This document shows positions 36,835 to 44,050 of a DNA stretch of 44,050 nucleotides, one piece after another. The DNA comes from Escherichia phage BEU33. Numbering within the stretch: the stretch's first letter is position 1; every line of letters starts with the position of its first letter. The DNA lies in the sequence record OM632667.1; one strand, 5' to 3'. The notes below the pieces were generated by a model, which did no database searches, was not told the DNA's origin, and saw only the letters and a program-made list of their open reading frames with translations. Both the position numbers and the translations under genes were made by a program.

Positions 36835-37001
36835 TTCACGTTCTCCTTAATCCACGCTTCCACTTTCTCCGGGTCGAACGTACCGGGCTGCCGGCGACCC
36901 ATAATGCGGATACAACAATCAGGGAACCTCCCACTCTTTAACCAGTTATTAAGCGTGCGGCGAGTAACCCCGATACGCTCAGCTACTTCATTCTGTGTCA
37001 T
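36831..37001 (-). CDS. AlpA/Xis-like HTH DNA-binding protein
   Basis: MTQNEVAERIGVTRRTLNNWLKSGRFP pattern; ATG 37001 with GAGGG RBS preferred over TTG 37034. Confidence 0.55.
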   Translation of the reverse strand: MTQNEVAERIGVTRRTLNNWLKSGRFPDCCIRIMGRRQPGTFDPEKVEAWIKENVK

Positions 37002-37401
37002 TCTCAAACCCTCATTATCAGTTAACGAAACCAAGTATACATTGCGAATAATGGGAAATCAAACATAATCGCACCTATTGACATTATGAAAATCTTCGTT
37101 TAAGGTGCTTCTATATCTTAGTTACTTTGATTCCTGTTCACCTTGTAATACCTGCTTGAAACGCAGCGGCGCCAAAGCGCCAGCGAAGTGTTAAGCAGCA
37201 GATTACTGAACATAAGAATTACCGTAACTTTCCTTCCGTAGTATCTCTGGTTGCCCTGGGCAAGCTCTATTCTCATCGGCAGCATATCTCTTAAGTATCT
37301 GATAATTAAAAGTTTCTATAGTTGCCGTGAGCAAGGTAGAGAGTACTTCACTCCGCTGGGGTGGGCTAACGCCCACCCACTGCGTTGCGTACTCTTTTAA
37401 G

Positions 37402-37454
37402 TAAGCTCCACCTGAGCTTGTGAAGTATGAACAAGCGACCGCGGCGCGGGCAGG
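37402..37454 (+). repeat. 53-bp exact direct repeat, copy 2
   Basis: Identical to 4465-4517; lies in the divergent intergenic region 37035-37553. Confidence 0.85.
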
Positions 37455-37490
37455 AAACGAAAGAATCACAACGGCAACGTAACTATTCTC

Positions 37491-37519
37491 TTGCACACCC
37501 CAACATAATAGGATACTAT
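37491..37519 (+). promoter_or_regulatory. promoter TTGCAC-N17-TACTAT
   Basis: -10 ends about 35 nt upstream of ATG 37554. Confidence 0.5.
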
Positions 37520-37553
37520 TCACTTATCGAAACGAGACAGAGGAGTGAGGGTT

Positions 37554-37745
37554 ATGTTTAAGAAGGGTCAGTTGGTTAAAACTAAACGCGGAGGGCAATA
37601 TGTATTAGTGTTGCAGGACGAGAGCGAGTATGACGAGGATAATCTGGTTGACGTATGGGGTCTGGTAAGAAAGAAAACTGGGTTCGCCTCACGCGATAAT
37701 TTAGAACTCATCGGCAACAATTTTAAATTCAAAGGGGTGAAGTGA
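37554..37745 (+). CDS. hypothetical protein
   Basis: ATG 37554 with RBS GAGGAGTGAGGG. Confidence 0.4.
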   Translation: MFKKGQLVKTKRGGQYVLVLQDESEYDEDNLVDVWGLVRKKTGFASRDNLELIGNNFKFKGVK

Positions 37746-37951
37746 TGGAAGAATTAATTTGTATTGAATCCCGCCAGGATTGGTTTGTGAAAGGTAACAA
37801 ATATTCGTCAGGAGTATATTACGACGGCCGTCGATACGTTTTAGATGAAGACGGTGATGAATGGGATTTAGAGGACACTGTGGGCGAGACTTTAACCGTT
37901 AGTTTTCTTCAATGTTGTTTCCGCATCATTCACAACGGCATCGAATCATGA
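37745..37951 (+). CDS. hypothetical protein
   Basis: ATG with RBS AAAGGGGTGA. Confidence 0.4.
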   Translation: MEELICIESRQDWFVKGNKYSSGVYYDGRRYVLDEDGDEWDLEDTVGETLTVSFLQCCFRIIHNGIES

Positions 37952-38033
37952 GGCTCGTGCCGACGACTCTGAGGGAGGTTGCCGTGGATAATATTTTAAT
38001 TGTCAGCGCTGTTTATGTGGGGTGGAGGTTGAT

Positions 38034-38228
38034 ATGAGTCCATATAATGAATTCCGCTTACGCCGTCTTGTTGGTGGGCTGCGCGCCGCCGAGTTTGGCG
38101 TTGAATGTTGGGAAAAGGCGAAGTACACCCCATGGAAGTCGTGGAATTTGGCCCACGCTAAGGCGGTAGCGCAGTACCGGGAGTACAAGTTAAATAGTTT
38201 CCTAAAGCACCACGGGGTAGAGCTATGA
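38034..38228 (+). CDS. hypothetical protein
   Basis: ATG 38034 with RBS GGAGG. Confidence 0.4.
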   Translation: MSPYNEFRLRRLVGGLRAAEFGVECWEKAKYTPWKSWNLAHAKAVAQYREYKLNSFLKHHGVEL

Positions 38229-38368
38229 GAGAAGCATTCGAACGGTGGGCCGTCGTCGAGGGTCTGCCGGTTAACAAGGGTTCAAAGAAAGAGTACCTGA
38301 ACGTTAAGACGCGTCTTGCGTGGCGGGCGTGGAAAGCTGGTGTGCAGTATGTGATGAATACGAGGTGA
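38225..38368 (+). CDS. hypothetical 47-aa protein
   Basis: Below ORF-track cutoff; ATGA overlap with upstream stop; fills gap. Confidence 0.3.
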   Translation: MREAFERWAVVEGLPVNKGSKKEYLNVKTRLAWRAWKAGVQYVMNTR

Positions 38369-38371
38369 TTT

Positions 38372-38560
38372 ATGGGTGAGTGGATTAAGTGTAGTGAGCG
38401 GATGCCGGAGCCTTATGAATACGTTCTTGTAACTGATTGTTTTGTTGGCTGTGAGGTTATGCGTGTTAATTCGGATGGCTACTGGGGACCAGCGAAGAGT
38501 TTATACCACGGCGATATCTCCCACTGGATGCCCTTACCTGAGCCACCGGCGCCGGTGTAA
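38372..38560 (+). CDS. hypothetical protein, DUF551-like
   Basis: C-terminal HWMPLPEPP motif; RBS GAGGTGA. Confidence 0.4.
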   Translation: MGEWIKCSERMPEPYEYVLVTDCFVGCEVMRVNSDGYWGPAKSLYHGDISHWMPLPEPPAPV

Positions 38561-38594
38561 CAGGTCAATAGTTTACTATTTGGCTTTGTGACTT

Positions 38595-38630
38595 ACGCTG
38601 CTACACAGCAGCGTATCATTTTTCTCATTT
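38595..38630 (+). terminator. rho-independent terminator ACGCTGCT-acac-AGCAGCGT plus T-tract
   Basis: Perfect 8-bp stem then ATCATTTTTCTCATTTTT. Confidence 0.65.
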
Positions 38631-38708
38631 TTGTTCTATTTCACCAAACGCAACAATCGAAGCGACTATTGCGGGAGATGCAACAATACAAACACCAATA
38701 AAATTTAC

Positions 38709-38737
38709 TTGCACGCTAAGATAGAATAGGCTACTAT
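38709..38737 (+). promoter_or_regulatory. promoter TTGCAC-N17-TACTAT
   Basis: Same hexamers and spacing as 37491-37519; precedes gene 38794. Confidence 0.5.
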
Positions 38738-38793
38738 TCATTTACACAAACGAGAGGAGAGACAGAAGATGAATGTAGTGGCGAGGGAAGGGG

Positions 38794-39282
38794 ATGGGGA
38801 TGGTGAGTAGCAAAAACGAAGTATTCGAGTACCTGATTGACCAGTTACGGCAGCACGTAAATAGCCACCCGCACAAGCAGCAGTGCGAAGACCTGGCGCA
38901 TGAGGTGCAGTCACTCAAGAATCAGTTACGTGATGCGTCAGCACTGGTGGCGGAGTTACATGAAACAATAAAACTAATGAACGAGGACTTTAACCGTGCA
39001 ACCGGGCGAGGTGGCTCACTGCCGAAAGGGGAGAGCTACGTAGTAGGTGAACATGGGCCCGAGCAACCCGGTTGCCGTAAGGAAGATACTCAGGAATGCG
39101 AGCACTCTTGGATTATTATGCTTGGGTTGTTTCTCAGCGAAGGCAATACGAACAACGTTCCTGGTAGTGAGCTTTGCTCTAAATGTGGTAAACGTGAGTG
39201 GGACGACAAGGTATATAAACCGAAAAACGATACTCAGGAATGTGAGCATGAGTGGAGATGTAAGACGGTTTTTTGGCAATAG
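38794..39282 (+). CDS. hypothetical Cys/His-rich protein with internal repeated DTQECEH(S/E)W motif
   Basis: Two copies of the motif about 45 residues apart; RBS GAGGGAAGGGG. Confidence 0.45.
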   Translation: MGMVSSKNEVFEYLIDQLRQHVNSHPHKQQCEDLAHEVQSLKNQLRDASALVAELHETIKLMNEDFNRATGRGGSLPKGESYVVGEHGPEQPGCRKEDTQECEHSWIIMLGLFLSEGNTNNVPGSELCSKCGKREWDDKVYKPKNDTQECEHEWRCKTVFWQ

Positions 39283-39327
39283 ACCTGGTGTTCCGTATTG
39301 CCGTAAATGTGGTGTGGAGGCGAAGCA

Positions 39328-39531
39328 ATGACCAGCATCTTATTTATCTGGGTACTATCCGCGGGCCAGATGCAACTAGCGGCATCAGAAACGTTTTATT
39401 CGATGGAGGCGTGCCAGTCAGCGGCGCGTGCCGCAGAGAACGCGCACTTCCTGTTTCAGGGCGACAAGCCCATCGATTCAGAGGTACGCGCTATCTGCTC
39501 ACCTAAGCGACTTGGTAAACAGGAGAAGTGA
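39328..39531 (+). CDS. small protein with N-terminal signal-peptide-like segment
   Basis: MTSILFIWVLSAGQMQLAASE hydrophobic N-terminus; RBS GGAGG. Confidence 0.4.
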   Translation: MTSILFIWVLSAGQMQLAASETFYSMEACQSAARAAENAHFLFQGDKPIDSEVRAICSPKRLGKQEK

Positions 39532-39533
39532 TT

Positions 39534-39716
39534 ATGGTGCGGAGATATACCTACGACCAGATATTCGGGTTTACTCCTGATGTTGAGGGCGTGTTAGTGC
39601 TTTACGAAGATTACGCGAAACTTGAAGCTGAGTTACAGAAATACAAAGACCAGTACCCTGATTATGTCGAGTGCGCGAACTGTGGGTCGGTTACACATGT
39701 GGAGGGAGTGGAGTGA
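39534..39716 (+). CDS. hypothetical protein
   Basis: RBS AGGAG; C-terminal CANCGS. Confidence 0.35.
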   Translation: MVRRYTYDQIFGFTPDVEGVLVLYEDYAKLEAELQKYKDQYPDYVECANCGSVTHVEGVE

Positions 39717-40009
39717 TGTCGTTAGCAACTGACATCCTGAAACGAAGCGGCCTTGCGCCGCTGTCACCGAGAGCGAAGACACGTATACACAAGCGTCGCC
39801 GTAACGTGCTGTACCCAGAGATTCAGGACAGACGTAAAGCTATCCGCGCCTGTGGATTCCAGAACGGGAAGGCTGTGAATCTCGGTGAGTTTAAAACGCA
39901 GGAGCGCGCTGCAATCGCTAATCGGTTATTTAATTACTGGAAATCGCTGGGATACGATGATATTCCGACGAAACCACAGAGACGACAATACATCTGGCGT
40001 CATAAATAA
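39716..40009 (+). CDS. hypothetical DNA-binding protein, AP2-like domain
   Basis: GKAVNLGEFKTQERAAIANRLF resembles the AP2 fold signature; ATG overlaps upstream TGA. Confidence 0.35.
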   Translation: MSLATDILKRSGLAPLSPRAKTRIHKRRRNVLYPEIQDRRKAIRACGFQNGKAVNLGEFKTQERAAIANRLFNYWKSLGYDDIPTKPQRRQYIWRHK

Positions 40010-40039
40010 ACCGTTATTAAGATAATTCCTAACCGTGCT

Positions 40040-40079
40040 ATCCTCCAGTTACTGCATACTTAATACGCACCTGGAGGAT
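40040..40079 (+). promoter_or_regulatory. inverted repeat ATCCTCCAG-N22-CTGGAGGAT whose 3' arm contains the holin RBS
   Basis: Perfect 9-bp arms; GGAGG of the holin RBS is inside the 3' arm. Confidence 0.4.
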
Positions 40080-40084
40080 TCATC

Positions 40085-40393
40085 TTGGATAAATTTACTG
40101 AAACAGTGACAGGCTGGCTTCTCGCTGCCGCGCTAGCCGGAGGGGTAATCGGACTACGACAACATAAGTCTGTTATTTCTGGCCCCATCGACGGATTCTG
40201 CTTTATCGCAACCGGCTTCACTTGCGCTGTATTCGGCGCGCCTCTTGCCGCTCAATGGTTCGGTATTACCGGAGAGCGCGAGATAGCTGGCCTCGGATTC
40301 ATCATCGCAATTCTCTGGATGCCCATCTATTCCCGTCTCTCCGGTATCGTCTCTGGAGAATACATCGCTCGTCGAGGAGGCACAGATGAATGA
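40085..40393 (+). CDS. holin (three predicted TM segments)
   Basis: Three hydrophobic segments, charged C-terminus; first gene of lysis cassette; TTG start with GGAGG. Confidence 0.55.
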   Translation: MDKFTETVTGWLLAAALAGGVIGLRQHKSVISGPIDGFCFIATGFTCAVFGAPLAAQWFGITGEREIAGLGFIIAILWMPIYSRLSGIVSGEYIARRGGTDE

Positions 40394-40658
40394 GTTATTC
40401 TGGTTCGGTGGTATGCTGGCAATCGGGGGCACATCGCTGTTTAATGTGTATCATCCCAGCGTGGACGACGGATTATTTGGCCGGGTGCTCTATATCCTGA
40501 CTGCCATCGTCTGTGCTGCCGGATGTATCCACCTGTTACAGGGCAGCATGTCACCAACGCTGCCTGAGACGTTAATCACATTAGTTGCGCTGCGTCAGAT
40601 TCGCCAGGTGTGGCTGTCATACGGAGGACATAAGCGTGTCTCGAAATATTTCAGATAA
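40386..40658 (+). CDS. second holin-like membrane protein (holin or antiholin)
   Basis: Two hydrophobic segments; overlaps both holin stop and lysozyme start. Confidence 0.45.
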   Translation: MNELFWFGGMLAIGGTSLFNVYHPSVDDGLFGRVLYILTAIVCAAGCIHLLQGSMSPTLPETLITLVALRQIRQVWLSYGGHKRVSKYFR

Positions 40659-41124
40659 TGGATTGCATTTTACCGCCGCGTTCGAGGGATTCCGAGGAAC
40701 TGCGTATCGCGCTACACCGAATGAGAAGTACCTGACTATTGGGTATGGAAGCTATGGCCCGCATGTTAAGGCGGGGCAGACCATCACTCCAGGACAAGGC
40801 CTCCTGTTACTTAATCGCGATATGGCTAAAGCCGTAGCTGCGGTTGATGCGGCAGCGCACCATTCACTGACACAGGCACAGTTCGACGCTGTGTGTGACC
40901 TGGTCTACAACGCAGGCGCTGGCGTGATTGCCGCTACCACGGGCACAGGTAAGGCGCTGCGTTCTGGTGACATCGAGACGCTGCGGGCTAAGCTGACACT
41001 GTTCATCAACCAGAACGGCAGACCACTACTCGGCCTGCGTCGCCGTACAGCAGGTCGTCTGGCGCTGTTTGACGGTAAACCGTGGCAAGAGGCGGAGGCA
41101 ATTGGGCGCGCGGTGAAAGGTTGA
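40636..41124 (+). CDS. endolysin, lysozyme (GH24-like muramidase)
   Basis: Pattern ISDNGLHFTAAFEGFRG..YLTIGYG..QFDAVCDLVYNAG resembles the P22 gp19/T4 lysozyme family; GTG 40636 with RBS GGAGGA preferred. Confidence 0.85.
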   Translation: MSRNISDNGLHFTAAFEGFRGTAYRATPNEKYLTIGYGSYGPHVKAGQTITPGQGLLLLNRDMAKAVAAVDAAAHHSLTQAQFDAVCDLVYNAGAGVIAATTGTGKALRSGDIETLRAKLTLFINQNGRPLLGLRRRTAGRLALFDGKPWQEAEAIGRAVKG

Positions 41125-41190
41125 CACCTAAGACTAATCCGACGATACTTAAATCACCTCCTGTTCCATCCCTCTGCTCTCCAGTTTTAT

Positions 41191-41221
41191 CCCGGCCCTG
41201 ACCCAGCCGGGATTTTTTTTT
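41191..41221 (+). terminator. rho-independent terminator CCCGGC-N9-GCCGGG plus T9
   Basis: GC stem followed by ATTTTTTTTT after the lysis cassette. Confidence 0.7.
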
Positions 41222-41243
41222 ATCTATTTTCGGTAATGACTAG

Positions 41244-41272
41244 TTGACTATTACCCTCGACCCTATTATATT
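41244..41272 (+). promoter_or_regulatory. sigma70-like promoter TTGACT-N17-TATATT
   Basis: Good hexamers; precedes gene 41306. Confidence 0.6.
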
Positions 41273-41305
41273 TACTCCATCGACAACGAGAACGGAGTAG
41301 AGAAG

Positions 41306-41503
41306 ATGAGTAACGTACCGACAATCGCAATAACCGAGGAACTTGAAGCCAAATGTATCGCATCAGTTATAGGGAATGGTTCGGTGGAAAAACTACAGAT
41401 GAGGGCCGCTGCGGGCTACATACGCAGGGCTAATAGCGCGCAGACTGATGTTTTACGTAAACGTTACCTCGTGAAAGCGTTAGAAATACTGGAGAATAAC
41501 TAA
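41306..41503 (+). CDS. hypothetical protein
   Basis: RBS GGAG; first gene after promoter. Confidence 0.4.
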   Translation: MSNVPTIAITEELEAKCIASVIGNGSVEKLQMRAAAGYIRRANSAQTDVLRKRYLVKALEILENN

Positions 41504-41652
41504 TGAAAATCACAGATATCGAAGCATTCAAAGACGCGCAACTGATGGCACGTATCGCCGTTAGTAACCTTAGCAACAGCATCCCGGCAGACGCGTTCTG
41601 GTTCGCTGCGATGCAGACACTTAAAGCAGCATATGCAGGAGAGAAGAAATGA
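41503..41652 (+). CDS. hypothetical 49-aa protein
   Basis: Below ORF-track cutoff; TAATG overlap; RBS GGAG. Confidence 0.3.
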   Translation: MKITDIEAFKDAQLMARIAVSNLSNSIPADAFWFAAMQTLKAAYAGEKK

Positions 41653-41846
41653 AAGTTAAAGCAGCTAAAATTCTCTGGTTACCCGCCCTTGACTATGTGA
41701 CAGAGGGTAAAGTGTATGACGTATACAACCCGAAAACTACTGGTTTTGGTTATATAGTTGCCGATGACGGCTGTGATATTTACATAGACTTTGGTAGCGA
41801 TGAAGGTGATGGTTTCCACGGCGTTAAATGGGAGATTGTCGAATGA
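41649..41846 (+). CDS. hypothetical protein
   Basis: ATGA-coupled ORF. Confidence 0.4.
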   Translation: MKVKAAKILWLPALDYVTEGKVYDVYNPKTTGFGYIVADDGCDIYIDFGSDEGDGFHGVKWEIVE

Positions 41847-42001
41847 GCGAACAAACACCAATCAGCCAACCGTTACGAGTAGGCCGTAAAGTCAGTCACA
41901 CCCCGTTCCCGACACGCGAGGAACTGATGAAACGTAACAGTTTCCCGGGGCCGGACAAGAACAAGTATCTCAATCGCATGTGGGGAGAGCGTAAAGAATG
42001 A
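41843..42001 (+). CDS. hypothetical 52-aa protein
   Basis: Below ORF-track cutoff; RBS GGGAG; ATGA overlaps at both ends. Confidence 0.3.
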   Translation: MSEQTPISQPLRVGRKVSHTPFPTREELMKRNSFPGPDKNKYLNRMWGERKE

Positions 42002-42183
42002 CTGACCGCGAATATGAAAAGATGATGGTTGAGGCCGTTAACAGCGGCGTAGACATCGGACACGTGATGTGCGTCCTGAATACTAAAATCGCGGTAGCCG
42101 AGCAAATGGTCGAGTCGCTTTACGAGACGCGCCGTGAACTGATTAACCGCTTCAACCTGAACAAAGGTGACACCAATGCCTAA
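41998..42183 (+). CDS. hypothetical protein
   Basis: Coupled ORF. Confidence 0.4.
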   Translation: MTDREYEKMMVEAVNSGVDIGHVMCVLNTKIAVAEQMVESLYETRRELINRFNLNKGDTNA

Positions 42184-42463
42184 AATCACAATCGCATCTC
42201 TCGAGCGCCGTATTCTGGTGCTTGAGTCGGAGAAACAGACGTTAGGCGGGCAACTGTCGATTAACGGTGAGTTTCAGCTGGAGGCGTTCCGTATACTCCT
42301 CGGCGTTATGAAGCAGGAACCCAGCGCATACGCGGGAGTGTTCCTTGACGAGGAAGGTTCGCAGACACTAAGTTACTACGCTACCGAAGAAGAATTAGCG
42401 TTCGACGGCCCCGCGGTATCTATCCCGCTGTTCGATAACTGGATGGTGTACGACTATGACTAA
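42176..42463 (+). CDS. hypothetical protein
   Basis: ATG 42176 with RBS AAAGGTGA preferred over GTG 42167. Confidence 0.4.
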   Translation: MPKITIASLERRILVLESEKQTLGGQLSINGEFQLEAFRILLGVMKQEPSAYAGVFLDEEGSQTLSYYATEEELAFDGPAVSIPLFDNWMVYDYD

Positions 42464-42641
42464 AGCGCCTGAACCAGTAGTTATCGATGGCGTCCTGTGG
42501 AAGCCATACTCGGTTTACCACATCGACGCCGACGGGAAGAAGTTTAGCTTCTACATTTTTGCAATTAGCCGTGAGCACGCCGCTTGTGTGGTTGACGATA
42601 TTCGAGAAACGGCGTGGCTTGGTGATGAGATAGCGGGGTGA
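42456..42641 (+). CDS. hypothetical protein
   Basis: Coupled ORF. Confidence 0.4.
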   Translation: MTKAPEPVVIDGVLWKPYSVYHIDADGKKFSFYIFAISREHAACVVDDIRETAWLGDEIAG

Positions 42642-42728
42642 GAGTATGAGTCTCGAGGTGGTTATCGGTCTGGTGGGTCTTAGTTACTTCATTGGGCTGT
42701 TGGTTGGGTTTCTGTGGGGTAAATACTA

Positions 42729-42899
42729 ATGTTCAGTGACATTAACGCGGCAATCGAAGAAGCAATCTGGCGTCGCTACAACGGCGAGCAACAACGGCAT
42801 TTCTGCCTGGTGCAACGCGGTAACATGATTGCCGTAGTGCAGGACCGCGATAACAAATATCCGAATGCGATGTGGACAACGAGGAATTTTTTAGGATGA
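42729..42899 (+). CDS. hypothetical 56-aa protein
   Basis: Below ORF-track cutoff; fills gap; weak RBS. Confidence 0.25.
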   Translation: MFSDINAAIEEAIWRRYNGEQQRHFCLVQRGNMIAVVQDRDNKYPNAMWTTRNFLG

Positions 42900-43132
42900 T
42901 TACCAGCATTCCGAACCTGATTAAAGAATTCGGCACGATGGCCGAGACATGCCGGCAAACCGGCATCAACGAAATGACGATTGCGAAGTACAGCAAAGAC
43001 GTTGATTGCGAGCGCCACGTAATTTATAACAATCGTCTGATGACACATGTTAAGACAAGCCCGGTGTTATTCACGCGCCGAGGTATCACTAAAACTGAGC
43101 AACGCATTGCTAAAGGGGAGAGTGGGGAATGA
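42896..43132 (+). CDS. hypothetical protein, possible HTH
   Basis: ATG 42896; segment TMAETCRQTGINEMTIAKYSK is HTH-like. Confidence 0.35.
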   Translation: MITSIPNLIKEFGTMAETCRQTGINEMTIAKYSKDVDCERHVIYNNRLMTHVKTSPVLFTRRGITKTEQRIAKGESGE

Positions 43133-43311
43133 TTGAGATTTTGAGGGCTACGAATGTTGCTGGTGACCTGGTGTTTTGGCTGGCCTTTCTCGGTGTGCTG
43201 ATAAAACAACCGACTCTGTTTAACAGTCTCCCTCGTTACCTGTGGTGGCCTATGTTTTTAGGCATGGGTGTATCAGGCGTGGCAGGCATCCTTTTGTGGT
43301 TTTTCAAATGA
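43129..43311 (+). CDS. small membrane protein (two TM segments)
   Basis: Two hydrophobic segments; ATG overlaps upstream stop. Confidence 0.4.
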   Translation: MIEILRATNVAGDLVFWLAFLGVLIKQPTLFNSLPRYLWWPMFLGMGVSGVAGILLWFFK

Positions 43312-43412
43312 GACTACTAATCATCCCTAACGCCTGGGCCATTCCCGTAGCCAACGACCATTACGGCGGCGACGGTAAAAGAGCGCAACGACACGGCCTA
43401 TACAACTGATAC

Positions 43413-43438
43413 AAGCCCTCTACGGAGGGCTTTTCTGT
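43413..43438 (+). terminator. rho-independent terminator AAGCCCTC-tacg-GAGGGCTT plus TTTCTGT
   Basis: Perfect 8-bp stem with tetraloop and T-tract. Confidence 0.7.
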
Positions 43439-43530
43439 ACATCCCGCCCAATCCCCTTATATAATCTATTTAGACGCGTAGGGCGCGTCTGGTGCGCTCT
43501 GATGGTCAGACGCATATGCAAGGGGATTCT

Positions 43531-44040
43531 ATGAAGCTGAAACTTAAGCAGCCATCGCCAGAGGTGGTGCAAGCTGCACATGAAGAAGCTGTTAGCGCAA
43601 ACCGTCGCCGTAAACAACCGCGCGGTAAACAGAGCCTTTATCAATCATCCCGTAATTCCGCTGCGCTGTGGGACCCGGACTATTGCGACGAATTGATTCG
43701 TTTCTTTGACCGCACGTCGTGGGAGCTTGTGCCAACGTCTAAGGGTGATGAACGCCCACTGATTCAGGATAAGCCGCCGTCACTGGCCCGCTTCGCCTTA
43801 CACATCGGCGTAACTATCCCGATAATTAAGCTGTGGCTGCGCGAGATTCCCGCATTTGCAGAAGCATACGAAACCGCCCAGGCTCTGGAAGAGGCATACT
43901 TCACTGAGACAGGGGCTGCGGGCATCTCGGCTACGTTTGCTGCCGCGAAACTGGGCCTGAATAAAACAGTTGTCGCCGAAGAAGTACGCGACGAGCCAAT
44001 CAGCGAAGTAACAATTAAGGTGGTGTCCGGTGAACGTTAA
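43531..44040 (+). CDS. terS: terminase small subunit
   Basis: Immediately upstream of terL start; HTH-like middle region; ATG 43531 with RBS AGGGGA preferred over GTG 43492. Confidence 0.6.
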   Translation: MKLKLKQPSPEVVQAAHEEAVSANRRRKQPRGKQSLYQSSRNSAALWDPDYCDELIRFFDRTSWELVPTSKGDERPLIQDKPPSLARFALHIGVTIPIIKLWLREIPAFAEAYETAQALEEAYFTETGAAGISATFAAAKLGLNKTVVAEEVRDEPISEVTIKVVSGER

Positions 44041-44050
44041 TATCACGGCA
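44030..44050 (+). CDS. terL: 5' start of terL (continues at position 1 if the molecule is circular or permuted)
   Basis: GTG 44030 preceded by AAGGTGGTG, overlapping terS stop; frame runs without stop into frame 1 at position 1. Confidence 0.5.

Noticed and set aside
37203-37523. 106-aa minus-strand ORF in the divergent intergenic region
   Set aside because: Low-complexity translation; runs antisense through the 53-bp repeat and promoter elements, with no RBS.
1-44050. Integrase, repressor or CRISPR array
   Set aside because: No tyrosine or serine recombinase motifs, no CI-like repressor with peptidase domain, and no regularly spaced direct repeats were seen; the phage therefore looks virulent, although an HMM scan was not possible.

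Overview
The window looks like a near-complete, probably complete and circularly permuted, genome of a virulent siphovirus-type dsDNA phage with enterobacterial-like sequence, linearised inside terL. terS sits at 43531-44040 and a GTG at 44030 reads in frame into position 1, so the two window ends appear to join. Plus strand 1-23686 is the structural module: terL, portal, head morphogenesis, Ig-like protein, an Rz/Rz1 spanin pair, scaffold, major capsid, connector and tail-completion genes, major tail protein, tail chaperone with a likely -1 frameshift, tape measure, minor tail, NlpC/P60, J-like and tailspike genes. Minus strand 23848-37001 is the replication module: Toprim protein, SNF2-type helicase, C5 DNA methyltransferase, VRR-NUC, family A DNA polymerase, SSB-like protein, PD-(D/E)xK nuclease, AEP primase-helicase and an AlpA-like HTH, interrupted by a Cro-like switch region flanked by inverted paralogous repeats. 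Plus strand 37554-44040 carries many small early-type ORFs, a holin-holin-lysozyme cassette and terS. The most unusual element is a four-gene minus-strand island (Imm-like membrane protein, HTH-metallophosphoesterase, PNK3P-like HAD phosphatase, dNMP-kinase-like kinase) with its own promoter, inserted between the major tail and tail chaperone genes. A conserved promoter/operator module recurs at least nine times, and a 53-bp exact direct repeat marks a candidate small-RNA locus. No tRNA, rRNA, CRISPR array, integrase or transposase was recognised. All product calls come from motif recognition by eye, with several family assignments resting on recalled sequences; nothing was searched against a database, and coordinates of short motifs may be off by 1-2 bp.
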